A stretch of DNA of 64,000 nt. Source: Lytechinus pictus. Taxonomy: Eukaryota. The translations under genes were made by a program, and so were the position numbers. The notes under the pieces are model-generated. The model did not search any database. It had not been told where the DNA came from and saw only the letters and a list, made by a program, of their open reading frames with translations. How positions within the stretch are numbered: position 1 is the stretch's first letter; each line of letters begins with the position of its first letter. Positions 51,320-63,744 of this stretch are shown here, piece after piece. The DNA lies in contig NC_087252.1 in assembly GCF_037042905.1 (NCBI RefSeq), forward strand, positions 27,096,001 through 27,160,000. Reading direction: 5' to 3'.

Positions 51320-53620
51320 ATTTCATTTCATTTCATTTCATTTATTTTTCCATTTCCAACAATCATTTACAATCATTTACAATAAGTTTTGTTACATACA
51401 TCTTGATATAATCAATAAAATAAAGAAACTTATTATATGTAATAATTAAGATAACAGGTCGGAAACGGAGGAGGCTGCTAAAAAAGCGAAGCTTGTAGAA
51501 TGCAGCCTCCTATTACATATTTGTATGAACAATGTAAACAAAACACAAATACAACATGTAGAAGTTGAGCTTAAATCTATTTAAATGAATAGTTTAAAAG
51601 AAAAAAAGAAAAGAAAGAAATAGAAAATGAGAGAAAAAACGAAATCAATGGTCTCCAGATTCTTGCCCCGGCACTCACAGCGAATATTACGGATCAACAG
51701 GAAAACGTAAATTATCATATTTCACACTTAGTAGTGCTAAGTATAAATGAAAAATATAATGTATGAGTGATGAAGAGTTAAACAAACTAACGAGTATCTT
51801 GGAGAAACTTTTTGAACTTAAATTTAAAAGAATTTAGACTTGGGGAATCTTTGATAGTATTATTAAGAGTGCCCCAAAGTCGAGGGCCTTCGAAAGTAAA
51901 GATAGATTTGGCAAGAATTGTCCGGGGTAAAGGAAAATGAAATTCGTCGGATTGACGTGTAGGGTATTTATGGATAGTTTTGTTTTTGTTGAATGAAGAA
52001 TCGAAGATTGATGGTAGCATATTATTATTTAATTGATACATAAATTGACCCAAGTTATATTGATATAATGTTTTTACTTTTAAGATTTTATTGTCAATAA
52101 ACAATTGGTCTGTATGGGATCTCCAGGCCATATTAAAAATAACGCGCAATGCCTTTTTCTGTAAAAGTAATATTCTTTCTAGATATGATGTATGTGTATT
52201 TCCCCAGGCAATTATCCCGTAGTTTAGATAAGGTAAAATTAATGTTGAATAAAGCATTTTTAGGGAGGAAGTTGGAAGAAAAAACTTGACCTTATTTATA
52301 ACACCAATATTACGTGAAATTGTACGGCATATAGAATCAATGTGTGTTTTCCAAGATAAATTGTTGTCTACTATCAGGCCTAAAAATTTTGTTGAAGCGA
52401 CCACTTCAATATCAGCGTTGTCCAATTTAATATCGTATGGTAATTTATCTAAAGAATTGCTGAAAAGCATACATTTCGTTTTTTGTACATTGATTGACAA
52501 TTTATTAGATCTTATCCATTGTACTAGCTTCTCCAGTTCAATATTCAATATATTGACTAAAATATCGGGATTGGGATGAGAATAAAGTACATTTGAATCA
52601 TCTGCAAAAAGAATATAAGATAATATTGTCGAAGAATTGTGGATGTCATTTATATAGATCGTAAATAAAAGTGGGCCCAGTATGCTACCTTGAGGAACAC
52701 CCCAGTTGACCTTTAGTAGAGAAGAATTTCGTTCATTTATGTTAACAAACTGTTTACGGTTTATTAGGTAATTCCTGAACCACTCCAAGGCCTTTCCACG
52801 GATTCCGTAATTTTCAAGTTTGTATAGTAGTATTTCATGATTTATAGTGTCAAAGGCCTTGGAGAGGTCCAGAAAAACACCTACTGTATGTTCAAAGTTA
52901 TCAATAGCTTTTGTGATTTTTTCAACAAATGAAAGAGTAGCATGAGATGTACTATGCTTTTGGCGGAATCCAAATTGAAAGTCAGAAATTATATTATATT
53001 TATTCAAAAAGTCTAATAGTCTTGTATACATCACTCTTTCTAGAACCTTTGATAGAGTAGGCAATAAAGATATCGGTCTATAGTTACATACATTATTCGT
53101 ATCTCCTTTTTTATACACTGGTATTACCTTAGATATTTTCATATTGTCAGGCACGACGCCATTAATTAAGGAAAGATTAAATATGTGTACTAATGGATCA
53201 ACAATATATTCTATGACATTCTTTAATAAAATATTATCAATACCATCATGACCACAACTCTTTTTGTTTTTTAAGTTATTCACTGTATCTATTATTTCAT
53301 TCCTATGTACTGGTAATAGAAAAAGAGAATTAGGATTTGGTCGGTGAGTAAAATCTGTAAATTTCTTTTGTGTTAATGGTATATTGTCGGCAAGATTTTT
53401 TCCGATCTGTGAAAAATATTGATTGAATATGTCAGCTATCCGAAAAGAATCATGAATTTCGATATCATTGTGTTTTATTGTTTTTATGTTCGATTTTACG
53501 CTATACTTATTTAAGGCATTGTTTATAGTTTTCCATGTTTTTCTTATATCATGCTTGAAACGAATTAATTGGTTTGTGAAGTATTTTCGTTTTTCGCTGC
53601 GCAAAATTTTTGTGAGGTTC
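51320..53620 (-). mobile_element. 5'-truncated LINE (CR1/L2-group), young copy
   Basis: Uninterrupted RT reading frame, ~450-bp 3' UTR, AATAAA plus (TGAAA)n tail at ~51320-51345. Confidence 0.92.
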
Positions 53621-53634
53621 ATAAACGACTGCAT
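51787..53634 (-). CDS. LINE ORF2 fragment: reverse transcriptase domain, no endonuclease domain
   Basis: 615-aa ORF with NYRPISLL, QFGFR, FLDLSKAFD, GVPQGS and LFADD motifs. The N-terminal few residues derive from junction sequence. Confidence 0.93.
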   Translation of the reverse strand: MQSFMNLTKILRSEKRKYFTNQLIRFKHDIRKTWKTINNALNKYSVKSNIKTIKHNDIEIHDSFRIADIFNQYFSQIGKNLADNIPLTQKKFTDFTHRPNPNSLFLLPVHRNEIIDTVNNLKNKKSCGHDGIDNILLKNVIEYIVDPLVHIFNLSLINGVVPDNMKISKVIPVYKKGDTNNVCNYRPISLLPTLSKVLERVMYTRLLDFLNKYNIISDFQFGFRQKHSTSHATLSFVEKITKAIDNFEHTVGVFLDLSKAFDTINHEILLYKLENYGIRGKALEWFRNYLINRKQFVNINERNSSLLKVNWGVPQGSILGPLLFTIYINDIHNSSTILSYILFADDSNVLYSHPNPDILVNILNIELEKLVQWIRSNKLSINVQKTKCMLFSNSLDKLPYDIKLDNADIEVVASTKFLGLIVDNNLSWKTHIDSICRTISRNIGVINKVKFFLPTSSLKMLYSTLILPYLNYGIIAWGNTHTSYLERILLLQKKALRVIFNMAWRSHTDQLFIDNKILKVKTLYQYNLGQFMYQLNNNMLPSIFDSSFNKNKTIHKYPTRQSDEFHFPLPRTILAKSIFTFEGPRLWGTLNNTIKDSPSLNSFKFKFKKFLQDTR

Positions 53635-54094
53635 TGCTCTTTTATAGGTGGAAAGTCAATGACATAGGGATTATCACGTAACACAAGGGTCGTCATGCAG
53701 TCGTTTATGAACCTCACAAAAATTATATGGTATCTGCTTTATCAAATTATGAAAATACAAATTTTCGTCAAAATCAGGCCTATGATATTATTAAAATTTT
53801 GAGCTCCTTTTAAACAATATTCCACTGTCCCAATCTGGATATGTTCGCGTTTTTTTTCTTCTTATTTTGTGCTTCCTAGTTTATGATCAACAGCTTAGCG
53901 CAAAGTCTTTAAGAAATGATATGCTATTCATCGCTCGTATATCATTCAAGTACGAATTTCATTAACAAAAGCCATTTCGATCAGGCCTTGATTTACTTTC
54001 CCTGAAGAACCTAGCCCGGCCTTGCATGAGAGATAGACGGAAATCAATGCTTATCCAAGGTCTTATCCTGACTCTGACCTATCTTGGACTTAAA

Positions 54095-54292
54095 CCATGT
54101 TTCATAAAACTGTTCGTAAGTTACGAGCGACTTTACGAACGAAATACGACGACCGAAATATGACGACCCTTGTGCTACGTGATAATCCCTATGTCACTGA
54201 CTTTCCACCTATAAAAGGGCAATATCCAGTCGTTTATAAACATGGTAAAGGCGGTACGTAACTTCACGAACTGAGCTTTATATGAAACACCT
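54095..54292. mobile_element. Degenerate MITE of the TGTTTCATAAAGCTGTTCGTAA family
   Basis: tgtttcataaaactgttcgtaag ... agctttatatgaaacac ends similar to the elements at 19530-20157. Confidence 0.7.
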
Positions 54293-54329
54293 AACTATAC
54301 CGTTACTATTAATCTACTACACAAAGGAT

Positions 54330-54800
54330 AGGAGGAAGAAGAAGAAGAAGAAGGAGAAGAAGGAGAAGAAGAAGGAGGAGAAGAAGGAGGAGAAGAAGGA
54401 GGAGAAGAAGAAGAAGGAGGCGAAGTAGAAGACGAAGAAGAAGAAGTCGAAGAAGAAGAAAAAGAAAAAGAAGAAGAAGGAGGAGGAGAAGGAGAAGAAG
54501 AATAAGAAGAAGAAGTAGACGAAGTAGAAAAAGAAGAAAAAAAGAAGAAGAAGAAGAAGAAGATGATGAAGAAGAAGAAGAAGAAGGAAAAGAAGAAGGA
54601 GAAGAAGAAGAAGAAAAAGAAGAAGAAGGAGACGAAGTAGAAGAAGAAGAAGAAAAAAGAAGAAGAAGAAGAAGAAGAAGAAGAAGGAGGAGAAGAAGAA
54701 GAAGAAGAAGGAGACGAAATAGAAGAAGAAGAAGAATAAAAAAAAAGACGAAGAAGAAGAAGAAGAAGACGAAGGAAAAGAAGAAGAAGAAGACAAGAGA
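54330..54800. repeat. (GAA/GGA)n purine-rich microsatellite
   Basis: About 470 bp of imperfect gaagaagaa. Confidence 0.95.
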
Positions 54801-55480
54801 AGGAATCGAAGCAAAATCTCCTCTCCATCTAAAGCAGAACTAAATAGTTTAAGTCCTTCATACAGTTACTGAAATCATTGTCGCGTTGTATGCCTACCCT
54901 TTCCCCCTGTAATGATTTTCGGATACTACTGACAAACAGATCGATCAACTTTTATACGAAATTCAATTCAACCGCAGGGAACTGTCTGCTCAGTTTCTGA
55001 AAGCCAAGAAGTAGGTCCTTTTGGTTAAAAAAAGAGAATTTCGACTTTCGAAATTTTAATGAAACTCGGATTTTTGCAGGACAGCGCAAGGGGAGAGGGG
55101 GGGGGGGGTCAAGACCTATTTTTCTAAACTTAAGAAGACATACAGGAGTAACGCGACCTACACACAATACCCTCTATGTTTTTTCCCCTTCCTTGTTATT
55201 ACTCTTCTGCTTTTTATTTATTTATTTTTGGTTCAGTCAACTCTGTTTGGACATTTTCGTTTATGTTACAAAATAATACCTATACTTAGACTTCTCTTAA
55301 AATGATATCCATCCCACATAATATCAAAACTTTATCCCAGTATAAGAACAATTATCAATTGAAGATGTAAAAAAAGTGAAATGAGACGAATTTTATCTAG
55401 ATAAGAACAAGATGAATATACCCGTAATGATAAATAAATAGTGACATATTAAATAGTGAAATAGAATTGATAGTACTTAC

Positions 55481-55550
55481 TCTGTGCTTTGGTAAGCGCG
55501 CAAAACGCCATCATCCAGGCAATGGTACAAATAGCGCTCTTGAAGTTCAT
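55481..55550 (-). CDS. Multicopper oxidase exon 1 (start codon, signal peptide)
   Basis: ataATG MNFKSAICTIAWMMAFCALTKAQ + A|gtaagt. Basic-hydrophobic signal peptide with TKA-Q cleavage-like site; phase 1 matches exons 2 and 3. Confidence 0.8.
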
Positions 55551-56734
55551 TATAGCATGGAATTATTCCTCCAAGTAATCAAAAGTCTATATATCTCACT
55601 AATTCCTTGTAAACACCCAACAAGTGTTCGGGAACATAAGTATGTCTACCAACGACCAGAGGTGTGATGAGAATTCGTTCGATAAATGTTTAAACAAATC
55701 GAATGAATGAATTAGGGCATACGTTTCTCGTTTTTATTGAGGATAGGTCGATCTCAATCTCCTGAATTTACGTCCTGCTCCACAGAACAACGCAGGGGAG
55801 GTTACTGTGCTTAGAAGCCAGCTAATCTGCGCATGCTCAATCACAAGCTAGATTCGATTACGAAGAGTGAAGTATTTCCATTTGAATATTTGATTTGATT
55901 TATTTATTTCCACATTCCAATAACAAAAGTATATACAAGTGTCATATTTTTTTTCTCAGCATAACATAGCAATAAGCAAATGACATAGTGAATAACATAT
56001 GCATACATACATTCTAGCAATCTGATTGAAATATATTTATACCTTATAAATTTCCTTTTTTAATCATTAAATAAAATAGCAGAAAATATATATATATATA
56101 TACATATATCGACAGAATACATTTTGAAATGAGGGAGATAATACATTTTAAAATCTAAATTGTGAAACGAAAATTTGCATATCATATATTAGAAATGACT
56201 CGCTTATCTAGGGTTTTTAAAGTTTGCCATACCATTTTATTTCATACCCAATCAATCAAGCACGGCCAAAGGCGGCGAGGGTGGGGGGACTATTTCGGCA
56301 TCCATGGTTGAATGGGTGGGGGGTAGCAATATTTTTGGATTGACCGGATATGAAACCCATCCTTGAACTTTTCAGCACTTTCATTTGAATGCAAGGTAGG
56401 GTTGGCCATGATGGTGTTAGACGATTTGATAATTAGACCTGCTATTTGACCAATGCGAAAACCGTCCACTTTGCCAACTTTGAGGAACTACCTGGAAATA
56501 AGGACCATTCGATCTGACCTTTAATTGCTTTTACAACTCCAAGAGTTAACCAAATACTTTAATCCTCATTTCAATGTTATTCTTGTATTGTCCGATTCCT
56601 GAATTTAAAAAGCTGCTAGATATGGACTTATGTAATTTTCAGTCGGCTAATGCCCCCCACCCTCCCGAGGAAAACAGTCACCTGTCTTTCCCACCTCTAC
56701 ATCAGATACTATTCATTGCATATTTCGTCACGGT

Positions 56735-57200
56735 CCGGGGGGGGGGGGGGGCAGTCAAATATATTGCTGTACACACGCGTGACAAAAAAAAAACGCGTTT
56801 AAAGGGGTATTTTTTCAGTTTTCGACACGGGCCGCGCGTGCACTCGTTAAGGGTATAAAAAAACACCGATTTCAAAAAAAGAAGGTAGTTTTGAATGACT
56901 GGTCAATGGTCAATCGCAGGGTCAAACGTACAGGGTATGCTTTTTTCCAAAGCTTTTTTTTTTTAAGACTAGCCAAACATATTTAGGGTATGTCGTTTTT
57001 TCCCAAGCTTTTCCCCGGTGTCATATTCTGGCGACAACTTGTTTAGGGGCCAAATTAAATGTGTAAATAAAGCCCGCGAAAAACTTGTTTAGGGGGTTAT
57101 TTTGCACACAGAGAAAAATTCGTTTATAATAGGGGGTGTTTGGAAATAATTTAGCCACGCGTGTGTACAATAATACATTTGCCTGCCCCCCCCCCCCCGG
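56735..57200. mobile_element. CCGGGG-ended MITE
   Basis: CCG(n)CAGTCAAATATATTGCTGTACACACGCGTG / CACGCGTGTGTACAATAATACATTTGCCTGC(n)GG. Confidence 0.8.
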
Positions 57201-57523
57201 GGGGGGGGGTGCATAGCATTTTCGTCACCCCTCAGCAAGCTCAACCTTCTCCTATATTGTATGTAATACAGAGAATGTGAAAGTGTGACAAACATACAAA
57301 AGGATACGGGCCTATCTGAAACTGATAGCTCTCTGTTCTTGAAACTCGATCTGAAACAATGCTCTTAAAATACCGCATACCCCAAAATGCGGGTATTTTT
57401 TTAATTTTCATTTCATGTCAGGTGTACTCTCTTTGAATGTGGTATAACTGAATTATGACAGTAGAAGAGGTTATTCCAACTTCACCGTAAGGATGACTAG
57501 TAAATTTTGTTTCTTTTAAGAGC

Positions 57524-58517
57524 TGGGGCGGCGGAGCGAAGTTGAAAGTGGGGGGGGGGGGCACAGGGGAAAAAGGGAACCTTTTCTTTCGAAAAGGGCA
57601 CTAACTTAAAACAAAGATAAAATGACTAATACAAATTGGTGTAATGAGCCAAATATTTTGAGAGGGCTAGCTTTGTTAAATAATGTAAAATTTGTAAGAA
57701 GTTGTGAGCGAGCGAAGCGAGCGAGCACAAGTTTTGAAATATTTATAACGAAAATCCAATTTTGTGATATATTTTGACACACTATTCAGAAAATTATATC
57801 ACATTTCATTATTTTCTCTTTCCTTTTTTTTCTTGGTGGAGAAAAATTGGGGGGGGGGGGGGTCCACCCAAGCGCCCCCTCCAATTACTCACATGGCTCA
57901 TAAAACTTAAGGTACGTAAGATTATTCTTACAAGTTTTTTTTTTTCCTACACGAGAAGTAACAAAGTCAATAACAAAGAAAAAAATATTTTCTTGTTTCA
58001 AAGGGGCACTCGTTAACACATAAAACGGGTCCTTCTCAGGTGAAAGGGGCCCAAAACACGTTCGTGAAGGGCACTTTTCTTTGGTATAAAAAGGGCACTG
58101 ATACGAGAAAGGGCACCTAAAGAAGGCAAAGGGGCATTTGCTAACGACATAAAACAGGTCCTTCTCAGGTACGGTCACAAAACACGTTCGTGAGGGGCAC
58201 TTTTCTTTGGTACAAAATGGGCAATGATTCACGAAAGGGCAATTGGCAACACCTAAAACGGGCCCTCCTCAGGAAAATAGGGGGCACAGAACACGTTCGA
58301 GAGGGGCATTCTTTGGTAAAAATTGGCACTTAGACGAGAAAAGACACTTGGTAACAATTAAAACGGATCTTCCTCAGACAGGTGAAAGGGGCACAGTACA
58401 CCATTCTTGAGAGGGCATTTTTCTTGCGTAAAAAGGTACTTTTTCATTGCTTAAAAAAGTGTGTTTGTGGGGGGGGGGGGGTATTGTGCCCCCGCCCCCC
58501 AGGATTGCCGCCCCTGT
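57524..58517. repeat. Composite poly-G MITE plus AAAGGGGCA-array repeat, similar to 41625-42385
   Basis: Shared gcggcggag.gaagttgaaagtgggggg start and aaaacgggtccttctcaggtgaaaggggc units in the same order. Confidence 0.7.
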
Positions 58518-60532
58518 TGAAGAGATTAGAAACGCTCAAGTTGTTTTTTGAGCTCTGTAGGGCATATAGGGCCACTTGAGTGGGGCATTTTAGCTGGGAA
58601 AGTCGGAGTTCCACCTAGGACTTTCAATTGGGGGCTTCCTTTTTAGTCATGAAATGCCCCTTGGCTAAATCCCACTTGATACCTAATAATAGGCATATAG
58701 CCTAATATATTCTACATGTGAGATGGAAAAAGTGACAGAATGCTTACATGTGAACAGACTACAGGGATATTTTATTCATCATGGGCACAATAAAAATAGG
58801 GCTCATTAGTTCAGACAAAGGGACAGTTTAGAATCATCGTTGGACTATATTTAGGGGTAAGTGCCCCCTCCCACTCTGCCTCACGTTCCCGCTGCCCCGG
58901 GATTAGGCAAAAAATGCTTGTTGAATGCAATTCACCAAATCATATATTATCTTCACTGTAGTACATGTACACGTTCCCCTTAAAGGGCAAACAAAATGAC
59001 AAAGAATGACAAAAATGCGCAGAAAGACACTAAGGGGCGGGGCGGGGGATGTAGCGTTAAAGAAATAAGAAAAAAAAGAGTAATTTGTACTTGCCCTTAA
59101 CAAAAGGGTCATTTTCTTTTGCCCTCCACTCCAAACTTATAACAAACTACATAGAAGTACTGTACGGTTTATCCACTGAGAGTGGAGTCAACACTTCTTG
59201 GCTGAGGACTTCAGAAAAAACGGACTGCAAGATACAAGGAGTGTACAGTATAAACAGGATGGGGCGATCTATCTCCGGTCAAGTAGGCCCTAAATCAATT
59301 TCCCGTGATTCATATATTTTAATTCTATTTAGTTTCACTTATCATGTAAAATTCATAGTTTTTTTTAATGTGAATTCGAGTTGATTGTGCGGTGCTTTCT
59401 AGATACATATCCGCTCATCTTAGAAATACGGAAAGCCACACGTTTTCGTTTTGACTGCGTTATGATATAGAGTTTCCTCAGGGATTTCCGTTCAGGTGGC
59501 TACTAGGTACGAAGAAGCTCGATGAAAATATAAGCATCCTTTTTCTTTATCTCTGAACTCAATCCAAATCAAAATACGTATTTTTGACAAACTTTTAATT
59601 GCTAATAGAAAACAAACTGATTTCTCCCCGGATTTCTCATTATCGTCACGTAGTCCCGAATGAGGCGGTCAAGCAGACATTTTGGTATAAAAAATTGCCA
59701 CTTGGTCTACTCCCACTTGGCCTATTTTCTGTTTGGTAATGGCCTTAATCTTATGTTCGTCTACAACCAGTTCGTCTACCAACCATTTTGTCCAGTGGCG
59801 TACAATGGGGGCTTGGGGGGGGGGGGGAGACAAGCTGTCTCGCTTGTCTCCCCCCCCCAAAAAAAAAAAAATCACGACCAAGAAAAAAAGTGAGAAGGGT
59901 GAAATATGATATTGTCTAAATATTATTTTAAAATATATCACAACTTTTATAAATTAAGAGAAACAAAAATGTCGAACATTTTGCCTGATACGCCATATCT
60001 AGCCCCCTCAAAATTAGGTGCCAATTAGGCGCCACTCATTGCACATGTTGCACATTTACCATTAGGTCTTGGCCAGTGTCTAATTTTCAGTTAGGCTATC
60101 GTTTTCGCGTATAGATCCACTTATATTTGCATTGATTTAGCCTACAAGTTTACCATTTTATAATTTTAGCTTGATCTACCATGTCATCATTTTACTTCTA
60201 AAATTTTGCTTCATGAGCCTCTTTAGTAAGTTACCATGGAAAGCTTAATTTACAATTTTACCACTGTAACTTGGTTTTCAATGTGTTCATTATTATTATT
60301 CCTTTTTTACCAGGGAAATTTGACATTCAAAGCATTTTATCACATACATGTACCATTGTAATCAGGGATATGGATTTGCCCAGTGAGAATTCTACGAGTA
60401 CTATAGGCGGCTATATAGGCCAATCATTTTACAAATTCACCTCAGAAACCTTGGTTAACCAGTAGGTCCATATGGTTAACCATTCACTAATTTATCCGAA
60501 AAGCCTCGAATAAGGTTACCGGTTTTATAATG

Positions 60533-60762
60533 CGCAGTAGAAACGCTGTTTAAGATTGTATAGAACGCTGTTTACAATATGAACCTTACAGTAGTTGTTT
60601 AACAGTTTAAACAATCATGTTTAATTTATTGAAGATTAGATATTGAAAATTAAACTTTGTTGTTTAGATTTTAAACACTTGTTTAAACTGTTTAAACAAT
60701 TACTGTAAGGTTCATATAGTAAACAGCGTTGTATAAAAAAATTAAACAGCGTTTTTACTGTG
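60533..60762. mobile_element. Palindromic MITE (CACAG/CGCAG ends, TG 2-bp flanks)
   Basis: cagtagaaacgctgtttaa ... ttaaacagcgtttttactg; arms extend ~80 bp. Confidence 0.75.
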
Positions 60763-61508
60763 TGGAAATCATTTTATGAACCATTCTTCCACTTTACCAA
60801 ATGGGAATCCCTGATTTACCATTTTACCAGGGAACTTGTAGGCTGAATAAATGTAGAAATTGAAAAAAAGGAAATCTGTGGGTTTTTTTCGTGGTCAAAT
60901 TGCAAGGTCAGTTTCAGAAGCTTTTTATATACAGTCGGCCTAGTTAGCCGGTCTAATTACAAGCACAGTGAACTTTACCTACTGACAGGTTAAGTGTTCA
61001 CTTGAAACATATAGGGCGTATATCCGTGTTTGATGATCAAAGGGCATATCATATTTATTTTTACACCAAGCAAAATTTTGTGCATTTTTTCTGGGAAGGA
61101 ACGTGCAATTTTTCATATTCATTGTATTGACATCCTGTTGAGCTAATCGGCTATCTCTGTCGGAATCAATAATTCTCCTCATATTGTTTGTCACGTCCTT
61201 TCTTTCTTGGGATTGTATTGTTAAAAACTGACGCAGGCCGCAGTCATTTTCAAAGGGAGGGGGCTGAGGTATTGCAGCAAAGCATCCGATCGGGTCGGGG
61301 GATTGAAATATATATTCACATTCGTGCATAAAACAGGATATCTGGCTGGACCAAGGGTGGGAAGTAGCATACATTGTAAAAAAAATATATGAAATTACTC
61401 AATAAAATTGAAGCAAAAAAATTGCCTTAATTTTTTCAGGTATTTATCAGTTTGGCAGTTTTAAGTAAAATTTGCTTATTTTCTTTGTATCCATTTTACT
61501 GAACTTAA

Positions 61509-62445
61509 GGACGTTCCACAGTTAAAGTGAAATCCATGTCATTTTCACCAAACTTTGCACATAGATACTTTAGAACCTGAATAATCGAAATATGCATAAA
61601 TTAACATGGGTCCATGTGCTTGATTTTTTGCTATAGAGCTTCAAAGTTCACTCAAATGGACGTTCTCAAGAATTGCGCATTCAAAAGAATTTTGCATTTT
61701 TAGACCTCGCGAGATGCACTACAGTGAGTTTAAACCTGTATTACTCAGTCAAAATCCATGAAAATTTCATCAAATTTCGCAAGAGAGTTAATAATTGTAT
61801 CCTTAAGATTGATAATTTATTTATAGTGCTATTTGTTTACTGTTTTAAGTCTAACAGCACTATCAGTTCTTAAAAAATAGCGTAAAAGATAACAAAAACC
61901 TAATCTCAAAAAATTTGAAGTTTCAATAACAAACTAGAAAGTGCAATAAATGCTGCACTTTATTGAAAATCCATGTCATTTTAACCAAACTTTGCAAAGT
62001 TGTAGAGGAAGGTATACCTAAGAGGTGCAAACAATGAAAAATAGGGGTTCATGTGCTTGTTTTCAAACTATCAGCACTTTTATTAGAGCAAATGTGCTTT
62101 TTAAAACACAAAAAACGCGCCAAATGCTTTGTATCCATCTGAAGAAAAATTCAAAACCACTCGTCCATTTATTCAAACTCGGGGTCATATTCATCATTCT
62201 TTGCAGCACTGCAGAGTAAAGTATTATGAAATTGTAGAAATACTTTTTTTAAATGGTCCATGGAATAATGCAATTTTTTTAGCTTCATAAAATAACGCAT
62301 CGTATTTGCAGCTAGAGCAGATAAGGAGAAAAATTTGCTCATACCTACAGCTAATTAATCACATGTTCATCCATTGTGACGTCTGCGCGCAGAGTGTAAA
62401 ATATGCGCAGATCATAATGCGCACAAACATAACTGTGCAACGTCC
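61509..62445. mobile_element. TTAA-flanked non-autonomous transposon (Kolobok-like)
   Basis: TTAA|GGACGTTCCACAGTTA ... TAACTGTGCAACGTCC|TTAA. Confidence 0.8.
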
Positions 62446-62449
62446 TTAA

Positions 62450-63032
62450 AGGAGAATGAAACTCTTGGAGCAAGTTAGCTTTTGTGAAAGCAGAAAAATC
62501 AAAGAATAAGATCAACAAAAGTTTGAGTAAAATAGGACTAGCAATAAAAGAGTTATGAGCATTTGAATGTCGAGATCACTAATGATATGGAGATCCTCCC
62601 ATTGGCAATGCGACCAAGATCTGTGATATCACACACGTACAACTCTCCCATTTGGACACTGAAAATATACCCCAAAACATCTCTTTTTGCTCATTCTAAT
62701 CATATGACAAATAATTCATCAATGATATAATGTTGTGAAACCTCTGTACTTGTCCTCTCATAAAGAGAACACCTCACCTTGTGATAGACTCTATAAAAGT
62801 GAGAATATAAGTGAAATAAGTACTAAAGTAATGAGGGAGTTGTACGTGTGTGACATCACAGATCTTGGTCGCATTGCCGATGGGAGGATCTACATGGCAC
62901 TAGTGATCTCAATATTCAAATGCTCATAACTTTCTTATCATTCATTCAATCTTCCTCAAACTTTCAACAATATGTTTCTTTGATTTTTCTCTTTGATATT
63001 GATTCAGCTGGTTTCAAGGGTTTCATTCTCCT
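62450..63032. mobile_element. TTAA-flanked non-autonomous transposon (Kolobok-like) with long internal inverted arms
   Basis: TTAA|AGGAGAATGAAAC ... GTTTCATTCTCCT|TTAA; ~80-bp internal IR (62572-62650 vs 62831-62910). Confidence 0.85.
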
Positions 63033-63744
63033 TTAATTCAATTAAGTAAAACAATCACTAAAAAAAGAATGGGGGAGTGGACTTGCAGTGGCATCATTTT
63101 CACCGTAGACATCTTTCATCCAAATACTTTATGCAATGTCACTAACAACATGATAGATGCTGACATTACACGCGATCGGTTCATCCTAACTAATGAGAGT
63201 GAGAATAACAATGAGAATTATGTTAACATTTTCCGAAAACCTAAAAAGAAATCTGAAATTTTCTGATGAGTGACCATTTAATGTCGCTCTTTCTTTGATA
63301 AAAAAATAATAATTTGCAAATCCTATATAACAATGTATAATCCAAAACAATGTCAAACACAGATATGCCAATTAATAAAAAAAACATTTACTTGCTCTCA
63401 ATGAATATTCAGGTATTATTTAAACAAGGTGTTAATTGAAAAATATAAGAACATTGAACATGATTTTATAAGTAATAATTATCTTTGCCTAATTGGAGTT
63501 AGATTTTCTTTATCGAAGCAAACTAGCAATACGTGAATTTTTTGTACATGTATATTGATCCCAAATAAATCAAGTATATTAAAAGACAAGTCAACTCTAC
63601 TGAAAAAGTCGAGAAATAATTACTAATAATAAATTCTATTTACGTTAAGTGTTAACTACTACTTCATAGAGTTTCTCTAAAGTACCTTTATTAGAGAAAT
63701 TATGAAATAAATTTCCGAATACAAAATACACTCATTAAAAAAAA

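Noticed and set aside
51787..53634. Autonomous or domesticated reverse transcriptase gene
   Set aside because: It lacks the endonuclease domain and ORF1 and keeps a LINE 3' UTR and tail; a young truncated copy is the simpler explanation.
54295..54828. Ser/Phe-rich ORFs
   Set aside because: (GAA)n microsatellite translations.
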